Source: Carcharhinus longimanus (taxonomy: Eukaryota). Taken from it: a stretch of 64,000 bases of DNA. This document shows positions 50,301 through 62,519 of this stretch, in pieces. The notes beneath the pieces were generated by a model. That model did not search any database, had not been told where the DNA came from, and worked only from the letters and a program-made list of their open reading frames with translations. Made by a program: the position numbers and the translations under genes. The first letter of the stretch is position 1; each line of letters begins with the position of its first letter. Location: contig JASCQW010000061.1 in NCBI GenBank assembly GCA_030264375.1, positions 71,288,558-71,352,557 on the forward strand, written 5' to 3'.

Positions 50301-52007
50301 TGTTTTTAAGTTTAGAAGTTAATTAACATTATACTTGTGAGAGGTATTATTCAATTAACAGTTTTTTTATTATCAACCTTTAAAATGTTGTTGAAATGTC
50401 TGTCTAGTTTCTCATTATTGTTGGCATTTGAGTAATAATATTGCACCTCTTAAGATATTCCATTTTTGACTAAATTTGAAAAATTTGTTATTAAGGTTGC
50501 TGAACCCTTGTGTTGGATGTCACGCAGCAATGCTAAATGGGGGCAGCACCCAGGAATGAACCTGATGGTGGGGTCTCAACCTCTAGAACAATAGTTCTGA
50601 CAAGGCAGTTCAAAAGCTGAATGAGGAAGTATGTGCAATGCCAGGGTAGGTCTAACACTTTCTTTTCAAAATCTTCACTTGAATAGTGAATTATACAAGA
50701 GTTGGCAATTTCACTCCTCCAATGGCTCTGTGAGTAAATACAATGGCAGGTATAATACTAATCAATACAAGCTTGGAAGGTTCCAAGGTCAATTCCTGAT
50801 CTTAGCCACAAGTTAAAATTAATCTTAGTACCCTGGTTTAGTAGGAGGAGAACAACTAGTGGGGGTTCTCATTCTTATTAGAGGCACAAGCGTAGTTAGG
50901 CTGAGAACAAGATTAGGTCCAAATGAGATGGATCTATAAGATCAAACAGCTTGCTAACACTCAGGGCTTGTAACAAGGTTTCACAATCTAGACCCAAAAA
51001 AACTTAAAATGCAAAAGGAAAATACTATGGATGCTGGAAATCTGAAATAAAAACAGAAAAAGCTCAGCAGGTTTGGCGGCTTCTGTGCAAAGAGGAACAG
51101 AATTCAGGTCTATGATAACAGGTCGTAGAGCTGAAAACACCGACTATGGAGGTGGTGATTTTCACTCATTTTTGTGTCTCCTGTCAGAGATACAATTGAA
51201 GATTGGTAATAGCCCAAAGAATTTCAAAGGCCTATATTCACACTGAGGAATAGTCAGTTGAATTAGATACCCAAGATTGTCTGAAATTGCACTGCAGCAC
51301 GAGTCACCGTTTTTAGGAATATGATGCACCTTTAATTAAGATTTGTAGTTTTAAGAACTATAATTGACTGTTGCCAAACTGTCTGGAGCAGTTTTAAGTT
51401 GTGTAATACTCTCAATGATTGAAATTCAGACATGGAATACTCAGCTCTTCTTGTCTGTTTCTGTATTTTTTTAAACTGAGTAAACAATTTTGTGATATTT
51501 ATATTTTGTGAAGGAATTGCACAAGTTTAAGTTTTAACACTGGTGGAGCAATAATAAAACTATTAGTTGCTGCAAATTAGTCTTCCAACCAAAATGCTTT
51601 CTGATTTTTAAGATAAAGTTATAAAGAAACAGTGTCATGCAATAAACTAAATACTGTGACAAAGTGGTTTCAGAAATTCTTTTTGTTTTAAAATAGTGAA
51701 TGGTAGCAATATTGTATTGTGCTTTTGGGTGGAACTGTGAGTGTCACATTGTGTGACTGATTACTTCAGATGATAAAGAATGCAATCTATATACTGAGCA
51801 AGTGATCCTGGAACCCCCTCACCACAAATTTTGGATTTAAAACTTCTTTCTCCTGTCCAATGTTAAGGATTACGTGAATAAAAGTTGGGGGTTGACTCTA
51901 TGGGGTGATCAGAGACAGCAGATGCTGAAAATCTGAAATAAAAACAAAAATTGCTGGAAATACTCAGCAGATCAGGCAGCAACAATGGAAACAGAAACAA
52001 AGTTAAT

Positions 52008-52157
52008 GGGCAGGGTTTTACGACCTTGCTCGTCCTGAAACCATAAAACTCTGCCCGAAGTCAACAGACCTTTCCATGCTCTGCCTGAGGTCATTAACCT
52101 TTCCATGCTCTGTCCCTTTTCCACTCCCATGGCGGGCGGACGGTAAAACTTTGGCCA
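52008..52157. mobile_element. MITE inserted into a short PLE-type repeat (51915-52192)
   Basis: TIRs GGGCAGGGTTTTACG / CGGTAAAACTTTGGCC. Homologous to 29631-29760. Internal ~30-bp tandem duplication. Confidence 0.6.
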
Positions 52158-52839
52158 ATGTCTTGGTCGATGATGACTATTCATCAGAACTAACTATCAA
52201 CTAGCTGGATTTGAGACCCAGCATTTCCTGCAAACAGCAATTTGGTGAATATGAGCAGCACTGACAGAGAATAGTCAGTAAATGGGTATTTGAAACCTGA
52301 GGACTTTACTGTGAGAAGATAGTGAAAACTGCTTACACCTCTCAAGTATAAGAATGAATGTTATTTTTTAAAATACCTGTTGGGGAATATTGTGTTTTTC
52401 TGTAAAGAAAGCTGTCTCTGTGCATAAGCGATTTAATTAAATCAGAAAAAGGTTACTAGAGACAGCTTGTTGTGGAGGGGGGAGGAGTGTTAAATTTGTG
52501 CCTTTTTAATGAAATATTATGATGTGAGGTACAGGTAAATAGGTTGGATCTAATATTTGTATTTTTAGAAAAGTTAAAAGTTTGTTTTAATATCAAAGAA
52601 AATTTGGAGATGACAAGAAATAGGTCAACAGAAGGGGGCACATTACATTTTACTGACCGGAAAACAGAGATAAAATAGAAACATGAATAACTTTTAGAAT
52701 TTGGAAAAGTTGTGTTCAAAGTAGTACTGAGGGCAATGCAATCATAGATGAAAGGAAAAAATTGACTCTTAGGAGAGATGCTGGAAGGATTTGTTGTTGG
52801 CTGTGTGGGGAAGGTCTCTTGAAGACAGCTCTGGGCTAG

Positions 52840-53135
52840 ACTAGAAATAGGACCAGAAGTGGGCCATTCAGCCATTTGAGTCTGCTCCACCATTTAATGT
52901 GGTCATGGTTAATCTAACACTCACTAAGTCCAATTTCCTGCCTCATCTCCGTAATCCTTAATTCCCCTACTGATTAAAGAATTATCCAACTCAACCTTGA
53001 AAATGTTCAAGGACTTGGCCTCCACGGCTTCCTAGGATAAAGAATTCCAAAGATTCACCACATTTTAAGAGAAGAAATTCTTCCTCAAATCTATCTAAAT
53101 GAGCACCCCCTTATCTAGCAACTATGCCCTCTGTT
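52840..53135 (-). mobile_element. CR1 LINE 3' end
   Basis: AGAAATAGGACCAGAAGTGGGCCATTCAGCC tail, reverse orientation. Confidence 0.8.
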
Positions 53136-53139
53136 CCAA

Positions 53140-55050
53140 GTTTGAATCAGCTGTCCAGTCAAGCCAGAAAAATCTTAGGCTATGAAAAACAATCTTGTAT
53201 CTGAAGTAGGGAGCCTTTGAGGGAAATGGTTTGTAAGATTATTTTTTACTGTGTAATTGGAATCTTGTGTACTTAAGTTTTCTTCTTGTTAATAAATCTT
53301 TNNNNNNNNNNTAAAGTGTTACTGGACTTCTTTCTTCTGAGATCAATTCTTTTCCTCTGGTTTGCTTAGCAATTAACGTATGCTGTGGTCATAAGTTTGG
53401 AGGCAATTTGCGAATTATTTAGAATTCTTTGATTGGTTTGAAATTGTGAATCCAAAGAATACGAGTAAAAGAAAAACACTGAACTCAGGAGTTGGCATTG
53501 AAGGATTCTAAAGTGATAGTCTGCAAAATGGCTTTGGCAATTGCTAAGACTTTTCTGAACATGGAAGGTGAATGTCAGGTTTTTGACAGCCCTTACTAAA
53601 TCAGAGTTGAGCGAGTTAACAGATAAAGTGCAGGTAGAATAAAAGCAGAATTTTGTAAGACTGATATGGTTAAACTATTTGTCCAGCATTGCATCACAGC
53701 TGGAGATGGTAAGTCTTCAGTTGCAAATGAAACAGCTCGACATGAAGAGATAAGAAAGGCAAAAGCTTGAATCAGAAGAAGAAGAAAAATAAAGAGAAAT
53801 TTTAAAAATTGAGTTGGAAAAAAAGAGAAGTGATAGATTAAAAGCAATAAAAATAAAAAGCTTCAATGGGAAAAGGAACAGCAGGAAAAGGAAAAGAAAA
53901 GATTGCAAGAGATAGAAATGCGAAAGCTTGACTTCAGAGAGAGAAGTTAGCTATTCAGGAATGGGTTAGGAAAAGAGATAGATTGCTTCACAGAGGGGAA
54001 AGAAGCCAAACAGAGTGTATTGTTTAAAGTGAAGCTTAAAATAAAGGAAGAAAGGAGAAAAATGATTCAGATGGTGACTTTGATTCCTTTTGAAATTTGA
54101 TTCAACCAATAATTTTCAATAAGTGCCTAATTTTATAGAGAATGGAGTTAAAAGATATTTTACTTAATTTGAAAAGATAGCAATGAAACTGAATTGGCCA
54201 AGGCATATTTGGCTGAAAAACAAAGTAAAAAAATCTGGGAAGCTGCTCTTGTGTATTATTTCACACAGACAGTTGAGTGTAGGAAAAGAGTCAGATGGGA
54301 ATCAGCAAGGAAATTGGAGATATAGAAAATGTAGTACTGCACAGGTCTGCCTAGAGTTAAATCCCAGGACTGTTACCAAGATAAGTCCTGGGGGCAAGAT
54401 AGTTGGGAATGTCCTGGGGGGGGTCAGGAAAGGGGTGATCACAATTTCAGGAGGCTAGAGCAACCATGTCCCAGGGAAAGGGAAGTGTGCCCCAATTCTG
54501 ACAGGACCTTCAGATGGAGGTGCCCACCTCTTCTTGCCTGAGATAGAGAATATTGGAAAACAGATTACCCATCTGCTCGTTCTGCCTGTGCGATGATCCA
54601 TAAATCACACAGGCAATGTAATATTCTGGATGAAATGACAGATAATCCCTCAATTGTTTCATTACTTGTGGGCTGACGCACTGCTGATTGGTGCCTGTGT
54701 CTGCTGACCAAAATATTGCACGGATGCAGGATGACATCGCAATCCGCACCCAAAGTTATCATGCACTCTTTTACACATGTCCACATTTAAAATTCTGTCT
54801 TAAGAATACCGTGGGCTCTGAGATCCAGGTGCAAGATATACCAGTAGCTTTTGTACAGGTAGAGAAGGAAGAATCAGTGCTAGCAGAAAAATGAGAATGT
54901 GTTCACAACCTGCCCAAGAGAATTCTAAAAGGCAAGTTGCAAAGATGTTTGAAGGTTTTTGATGCAAAAGGAAAGCGGCCGGATACTGGCATAGTGATCA
55001 ATTAGTTATTGATGTTAATATTTAGTTTAGGTTGCATTAGAGGCGACAGG
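53140..55050 (+). mobile_element. Degraded Gmr1-like Gypsy LTR element: LTR 3' part, gag (coiled coil; FEKIAxxLxWP) and protease (DTG) remnants
   Basis: AATAAA at ~53291, ATG at 53528 (MALAIAKTFL), E/K-rich stretch, FEKIAMKLNWPRHIW at ~54168-54213, PVAFVQ and RPDTG at ~54841-54990. Confidence 0.65.
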
Positions 55051-55654
55051 GCAGACTGTGGTGTGCTGCAGATTTCCACCCCCTGAGAACAGGGGAAGGA
55101 ATTATTCAGACTCAGTAGTGGAATATAGTAGAGATAGATTAACTTCCTCTCACTCAGTGTCATAGGCCTTTTCCCTAGTTTTACCCATTTGCGCCAAACT
55201 GCTGTTTTTCTGTGATGTCACTTCCGACAGCTTTCCGTGATGGCACTTCCCACACGTCTCCTGGAATTCGCCCATCCACAATTAGCAGCCCCACTACCAC
55301 CCACAGCAGATGCAGTTCCTCCAGGCTCAACATAAATAGAAATAATAAAATACTTGCCCTACCATTTCTTCAGCAACTTCCAGTAATCTCCTGCAGAACT
55401 GGAAAAATTTAAAGTTTGTACGGCACTTGCAGCACCCTAATTTTTCATGCAATGCACAAAAGGATTGTGAAACAAGTGCAGGAACATTTTTTTTACATAC
55501 TTAAATCAATCCAACATTAATTTGAGAAGACTGCTAGGGCACATTTAAAAGATGAGGATCAATATGGTCTGTATTTTGTTGGTGGTGTAGCCCTGTGCAA
55601 TACCTCGTATCCAAAATTTGTATACACTGCTCATTTTAAGTCCCAAAACAGACG

Positions 55655-55940
55655 CTAAGAAATAGGAGCAGGAGCTCTGCAATTATAAGATCATGGCTGA
55701 CCTGGTTGTGGCCTAAAGTCCTCTTTCTTACTTATCCCAATAACCCTTGACTCCCTTGCAGATCACAAATCTGTCTAACTCAGCCTTGAATATATTCAAT
55801 AACCCAGCCTTCACTGACTTGTGTGGAAGAGAATTCCAAAAAGGTATGACCCTCAGAGAGAATAAATTCCTCCTCATTTCTATCTTAAATGGAAGATCCC
55901 TTATTTTTAAACTCTGTTCCCAGTTCTAGATTCCCTTACA
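55655..55940 (-). mobile_element. CR1 LINE 3' end
   Basis: TAAGAAATAGGAGCAGGAG tail and reverse-strand FKIEMRRNLFSLRVIPFWNSLP. Confidence 0.8.
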
Positions 55941-57244
55941 AAGGAAGGAATTGAATGGGGGGGGGTTTGTGGGGTGGGGAGGTTATGCAGCCTTTATGCA
56001 ACTGTCGTGTGGGTTGACTGAATTAGGTAGGAACTAAAATTCTGATTTCCCAATGGTGGGTTGAGATACAGGTGATTAAGTCAATGGTGTGGTTGTGGCA
56101 CGTTAGGCTTAAGCCATCTTGTGATGGGTTCCCAACTCAAACACTTTAGCATGCCATGAATACTCATTAACTTTTAAAAGTTATGTCTTACTTTCAAGAC
56201 CAAGTCAGAGAATCTTGTGGTGCCTGGTTCACATTTGTTTAAAGCTGGCGTGTAGCAGCCAGCTTTCTGCCATTCTGTATAAGGCCAGCAGTTTTCCTTG
56301 TTGAATACTGCAGCACAGAGGAAGAGAGAAGGAGAACAGCAACTTGTATGCACACCGCTTACTGGCAAGGTGAGTCACTGGTTGGGGATGGATGGAATGT
56401 GGTCAGTGGCATGGCGACGTGAAAGAGGGAAGGGCCTGGTGTTCTTGGTGTGCTAGGAAGGAATGGTGGGAACAGTCAGAGGAGCCTCAAAGGCAATGTC
56501 AGTATTTTCCAAATTGGGTCAATTTCAGGCTACTGGCTGGCAGAGTTTTTACAGGGCTTTGAGTTCACCTGCAACATTTCAATTATCTTTATTGACAGAG
56601 ATCTCAAACAAAATCCTTTACAATGCATGGAAGAGAGGATTGCCTGAACCTATAAGTTCAACCAAGTCACACAAAGCGGTGAGTACAACATTGGACACTA
56701 ACATGAACATTCAATAAAGAGTGAACACGTAAACATATAACTATTCCATCCACAATAGAGAAATGTCCCTAAACATTCTGTAGCCATCAGAGTATGCAGG
56801 TTGCACAGAAAGTCCTGCCCATGATTTCACTTCCACAAAAACATGTTGACTCTGCCTAATCATTTTAGAAGCTTCTAAATGTCCTGCTATTACCACCTTA
56901 AAAATGGATTCCAGCATTTTCTCAATGACAGATGTTTGGCTAACTGGCCGATAGGTTTCTGCTTACAGGGCAGAATTTTCTGGTTTCTTTTTAAAAGTGT
57001 TGTCTGAGGCGGGTAGAGAGGTGTGCAGCTCATTGGCTGCACTGCCAACTTTTCCTGTTGAGTTTCTTAAACACTTTTTACACCATCAGCCTGCTTCACT
57101 GGCAACATCAACCTCCCAGAGATTGGGGCATCCTTTATCTAACAGAACTAAAAGTAAAAACAAAAATCTCCCCTTACAGACACAAAGAAACCTCCAAAGG
57201 GATACAGGGAACCCCCATCATCATCCCTAAAGGAAGTCCCACCT

Positions 57245-57410
57245 AGCACAGAGGCAATTTAGCATGGCCAGTTAACCTCACCTGCACATCCTTGGGGTGT
57301 GGGAGGAAACCGAGCACCTGGAGGAAACCCACACAGATAGTCACCCGAGGCCAGAACTGAACCAGGTCCTTGGCACTGTAAGGCAGCAGAGCTAACCACT
57401 GTACCACCCA
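57245..57410 (-). mobile_element. V-SINE (HE1-like), partial
   Basis: GGGAGGAAACCGAGCACCTGGAGGAAACCCAC and a tRNA head on the minus strand. Confidence 0.8.
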
Positions 57411-57499
57411 CGTTGGTCCAGATCTGTTGTAAATCTCACCACTGCGATGTCATATTGGGAAGTAATGGTTTTATTGGGTACTAGGGTTTCAAAAATGAG

Positions 57500-58500
57500 G
57501 CTGAAGTTAAGGAAATCTGTAGCTGCAGAAGTGTTTTGGCAAACACGAGGTCAAAGGCTAAGTAATTGGGATTTTAAAAGTGTGGTGCAATTGAATTTGG
57601 AGATAATTTTTTTTCCCTAGGGGCAGGAGGAGGTAGGGTTGGGGTGTAGAAGGGAGATGTGGTTGGGGTGTAGAAGGGAAATGTGGGTGGTGAGTGATAC
57701 AAGGAAATGATAAAAAAAGTCTTATATGTAACTGGTACAATAGGATTAGCAACACAACATGACATGATAAGTTCAAAGGGATGGCCGTAAATATGGATTG
57801 GGAGGGGGAGGTTAGACTGAGGGAGGGACTTAGGGAGGAGAAGAGGGCAGTAAACTCAGATGAGAGAGAATATGATGGGTTGAGATAGAGGTTGAAATCA
57901 CAGAGGATGAGAAGTAATTCAACGCAGGTGTTGAGAGAAGGCAGAGAAGCTATCTCAGTGGTAATTTTTTTTGTTGTACTACGGATGGTATGTGGTAGAG
58001 AACAATGATTTCAAATATATGTGGTGAGTTGGAACAATGTGAGATGCTGAAAGGAAGAGGAATTTTCATAGATTAGATCATAGATCATGCCGCGGTGTGT
58101 CTGCTGATAAGAGCCACAGTGCCACCGCGACAGTCATGACAACGCAAGAGGTGAGGTTTGTAGCTAGGCAAGGAAGTTTCATTGAGAGGAAAGGTATCAT
58201 CACCCATCAGCCAAATTTTCATTAAGACCATGATATTGACGCAGTCATCCATGATAAGTTAAAGATGGAAAGGGTCTTGTTCACAAATTAACACAAATGC
58301 TACTGGGAGATGTGTAGAAGGATGGTGAGAACTGATCCACTGGCAAAGTTCACAAGATCAGCAGTGGGAGGGGTGAGTTGGCAGTGGGAGGGGTGAAGAA
58401 GCAAATTGATGAGACTAACCTCCAGACAGCACAAAGGGTGAGTAAGTGTAAGAGAGTAGGATGAGGCCTTGGAGTTGCTGCACATAATGAACTAGCGCCA
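57500..58500 (-). mobile_element. Degraded L2 LINE 5' ORF2 (endonuclease) region
   Basis: Minus-strand LVNKxLSI..LIMDDCVNIMVLMxxWL (N-terminal APE motif) and GGTVALI. Pyrimidine-rich L2 sense strand. Confidence 0.55.
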
Positions 58501-61500
58501 AGTGAGTTGATGAGTCCATAAAGGAAGCTGCCAAGAGAGGCACAGAGGGAAGCTGCTGGTTATGTAAAAGGAAGTCAAGGAGCTGACAGCAAGAGAGCAG
58601 GAAGATCGAGGAGTACTGAAGGGTTGGGAAAGGCAGAATAACTAAGAGTGGAAAGTGAAAAGGAGCATAACAAAAGGAGAGTCCAGGAAAGTAAAAGATA
58701 AAAAAACTAAAAAGAAAGTAAAAATCGAAATAGGTTGGGTGCAGAGTAGTAGCAAAAATGTACACGTGAATGAATGCATAGGGAACTCAAGTTCCATCAA
58801 TCTAATAATATAAATATAAAAATTAGGATACATAAAAGCATGATAGTAAATGGGAAATAGGAAATAGCTGGAGATAATAGGAATGAATCCAGAATTAAAA
58901 TCGGAAGCATATGTGCCATTTTTGTGCCAAAATCAATCCACAATAGAGAAACTGCAATTTAGAATCTTAGCAACAGTGAAATATTTGCAAATAAAAACAT
59001 AAAATACAGGTGGAGAAAAATTCATATAATCCATCAAGTTAATTCTGAACATGTATAAAGCTATTTTAGAACGGACTTCCCTGCCAATACACCTGTTCAT
59101 CATCTACTTTACAAGCACAAGCTGTCTCTCCCCACAGAAAATCAAGCAGCATTGTTGAATACCTACATAATCTTTCAGTCTAGTTCTTAATAAATGTCAA
59201 CCTAGCTCCTTTCTAAGGCTTCAATTATTCATGAATCAACCATTTTTTCTGGGAATTTGTTCCACATATCTACAATCTTTAAGAAAAACAAGATTTTCCA
59301 GTTTCTAAACCTTGCTCAAGGCATCTAGATATTGTGCATTTGATCTTTTGTCCTATGCTTGCTGTCAAGATAAATAGTTTTTTAAATATATTATCTAATA
59401 TCTTTGTAAAAATGTAAATCATACGTCCCCTTAGGTATTCATTAGTAAAAATAGTTGCCTGATCAAACTATACAGTGCTCTTGTCAGATTTTGTATGGGC
59501 TACTGCTTTGGATTTCCATTTTATTTGCTTTTTGCAATATACTCTGTCCATTAGATTTAAATTATGGTTTGCTTTTTATACAATGATTTTGGCATAAAAA
59601 TTATAAAGATGCTGTGAACTGTAGAAAATCTGACAATGCAATAGAATTTTTTTCCCAGCAACTGAGAGTTGTTTCAAAAAATAAATCTGGAAATTCTTTG
59701 AAAAAGAGATTTTCTTTAAATTAGAGGAAACCCAGCTGAAAATTAAAAGTCCATCTTCTAAGTAATAACTTTTGACAAATGTGCCTGGAAATTCTTTATG
59801 AATTATTTAACCAAATGGCACTTGGTCTTCTAACAGACCTGTCTGCACTGTTCTTCTTTGTGAGATACTTTTCCAAACCACTAAACGTCTTTTCAATTGA
59901 ATCCAGATGTCAGGAGCTGAAAGAAATGTTCTCAGAAAAAAAGAGAACTAACATAAATCTTGCAGCTGACAGAGATCCCACTGTGCTCATTTAGGGAAGC
60001 TTTTGGAAGAAGCACCAGGGCCAAGATACCTGATGGGCACAAAGGCAGATGTGCACGTCCAAATTCCCTTAAGACTGAATGTCTTCAGACATGCTACAAA
60101 ATTGTTAGTTAGAGAATGGTGACTTACATTTGGATTACATAATAGTGAATGGAAGTAAGCTTTGGTTCTAGTTGTCTGTTTTTCAATAAATCTACAGTAG
60201 TTCAAGTTTTAAAATGTTATTTAGCTTATAGCATTTGAAGTTAATTTTGAGTTCTTCTCCAACGTCGGTAGGAAAGTCATAGAGGTGTACATGTTAATTA
60301 ATACAAAATAAATGAAACAGTAACATCATGGGTCCTGGATATTTAAACATTAGTTCTGCAGCAATACTTCTGGATAAACACATGAAATATTCTGCATTGT
60401 ACAAACATTGTGAAACTTAATTGTAAAGGCAACTGTTAATGACACCACAGTGAATTTCTGCTTTAACTGTCTAAATTTGCCTTGTACTTCCGGAATTTTG
60501 GATCTAATATTTATTCCTTGGTTTTATATTGCGTAAAAGGTTATACAATTGAGCTGTTCTTCAAGATGCTCATCATGGTGCAATTATGAAAGACACTGAA
60601 TTAATTTTCTATTATCTTCTTTCCTTCTCCCCTCTAAAAGGCCCCTGTTACGACTGCCTCCTAATCCAGGGATCATCTGACTTGAGTTACAGAAACTGAA
60701 TATCTTTTGTTTGCAAGGCTGTCATGAGAAACAACGAATGGATTAGCTTTACTACAAAAAGTAGTTGGTAATGAGTCATTTCATTCTTCAGTGGACTTAA
60801 TAACTAGTAGATCAAAAAGAGTTTTCACATTTTCAATTGCTGATTTAAGAAATGTTTAGTATTCAAAAACTTATTTTACTTACTCATTATTATGTCTTTC
60901 CTTTTGTATGCTTTTAACCTTTACTGCCAGATTTCTTACTTTTGTATATAAAACTCCTTTATGTATCAGATGTTCCCAACATTCTTCCATCTCAATCCTC
61001 TCCACTTACAGCCACTTAAAGAATTTGCATTGATCACTGTCATTCTAATTTATGCATTTAATTTAAAAAGATTTGAGGATTAAATAGTTTGAGTAAAGGA
61101 AATTGGTTTGTCCCATAATAATCGATTCCTGTATCATCAGAAAGGAGTTCCTAAAAAGTCAGAAAAATTCAAAACCAAATCACCTAAACTTCTGAGAGCT
61201 GGGATTGTGTTTACCCCTTTCCCTATAAAAGGCAAAATATCAATCNNNNNNNNNNATTACTGCAGAGCTGTATAGTATTTGCAAACTGCACCTGGAACAT
61301 CTTTGCTACACTAGGAGAAATAAAAATTAACCTAGGTTTTACGAAGATGCTGAAAACTTGTTCGATTTTCTGTGCTTGATGAGAGATTTGAACATTAAAC
61401 AATATGGGACAAGGATACTACGACATGCCATGAGGAATAGGAAATGGACTCATCCCTGTGATTCCTTACATAGCCATTTCCTTAAAAGTCAATTCAGTGC

Positions 61501-61839
61501 TATTTTTAGCGTGGCTATCTCAAACAAGTATTACCACACAATCCTATTTCCCACATTATGGCCTTATTCCCAGCAATGATGGAAAAATTTACTTGTGTGT
61601 GTCAAGAGAATCAGAAATTTACAATTGAAACTGATTAGTAATAGGTAAACACTAATTGGACAGTCATTTTCAGGGTTCTTCTCATTTCTTGAATAAAGGA
61701 AGGTACAGAGGGGCTGAAATGTGTTTCTGAATAATAAATTCCTCATTTTTGTTAAGCAGAATATGGGAACTGGATATGATTCAATTCTGCCTATTTAAAA
61801 AATGCTTGTGTAAATGACATAGAATTTTAAAAAATTAAT

Positions 61840-62072
61840 TTACAGGATGTGGGTGTCACTGTTTAGGGAAGCATTTATTGCCCAGCTCTAACCGTCTTTG
61901 AGAAGGTGGTGAGCTGCCTTCTTGAATCACTGTATTCCATGTGGTGTGGATACGCCCAAAGTGTATTTAGGAAGGGAGTGTCAGGATTTTGACCCAGTGA
62001 CGGAACAGAGATATAATTCCAAGTCAAGGTGGTGAGTGACTTGAAGGGGAACTTTCAGGTGGTGCTGTTCTC
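61840..62072 (-). mobile_element. RTE/RTEX-like LINE 3' tail
   Basis: GGATGTGGGTGTCACTG..GCATTTATTGCCC..GAGAAGGTGGTGAGCTGCCTTCTTGAA, shared with 24755 and 31630. Confidence 0.7.
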
Positions 62073-62204
62073 ATTTTTTCAGTAACGTAACCAACATTAT
62101 TATTATTATGACATCATTCTGACTAATAAGTGAATAGCTATTTTCTGTTACAAAAGCCAAAACTCTCAAAGTGATTCTGCCACATTTTAGAAATGAATGA
62201 TGTT

Positions 62205-62411
62205 GGCTGGAATTCCCCAACTGTTCACGTTGGCAAGGTTCTCTGGTCCTGCTGGCAATACACCCCTGCCCATGGATTTCCCGCTGGTATACAGTGACAT
62301 CAATGGGAATTCCCATTGACTGTGGCAGCACCAGAGAATCCCGCTGCTAGCAAACAACAAGCCACCTCCCACTGGCAGGAAACACGCAGCTGGAGGCCAG
62401 AGAATCTCACC
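62205..62411. mobile_element. Palindromic MITE (probably Harbinger-derived)
   Basis: GGCTGGAATTCCCC...CCAGAGAATCTCACC ends and a central perfect palindrome CAATGGGAATTCCCATTG. Confidence 0.6.
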
Positions 62412-62519
62412 TGTTGTGTTTAATCTCACCCAGTGTAATGCTGCCTGTTAATGATAACAGTTACTGCAATGGCAAGTATCAAGTGATATTATAGGAACTG
62501 CATTTGTTTACCTGATACA

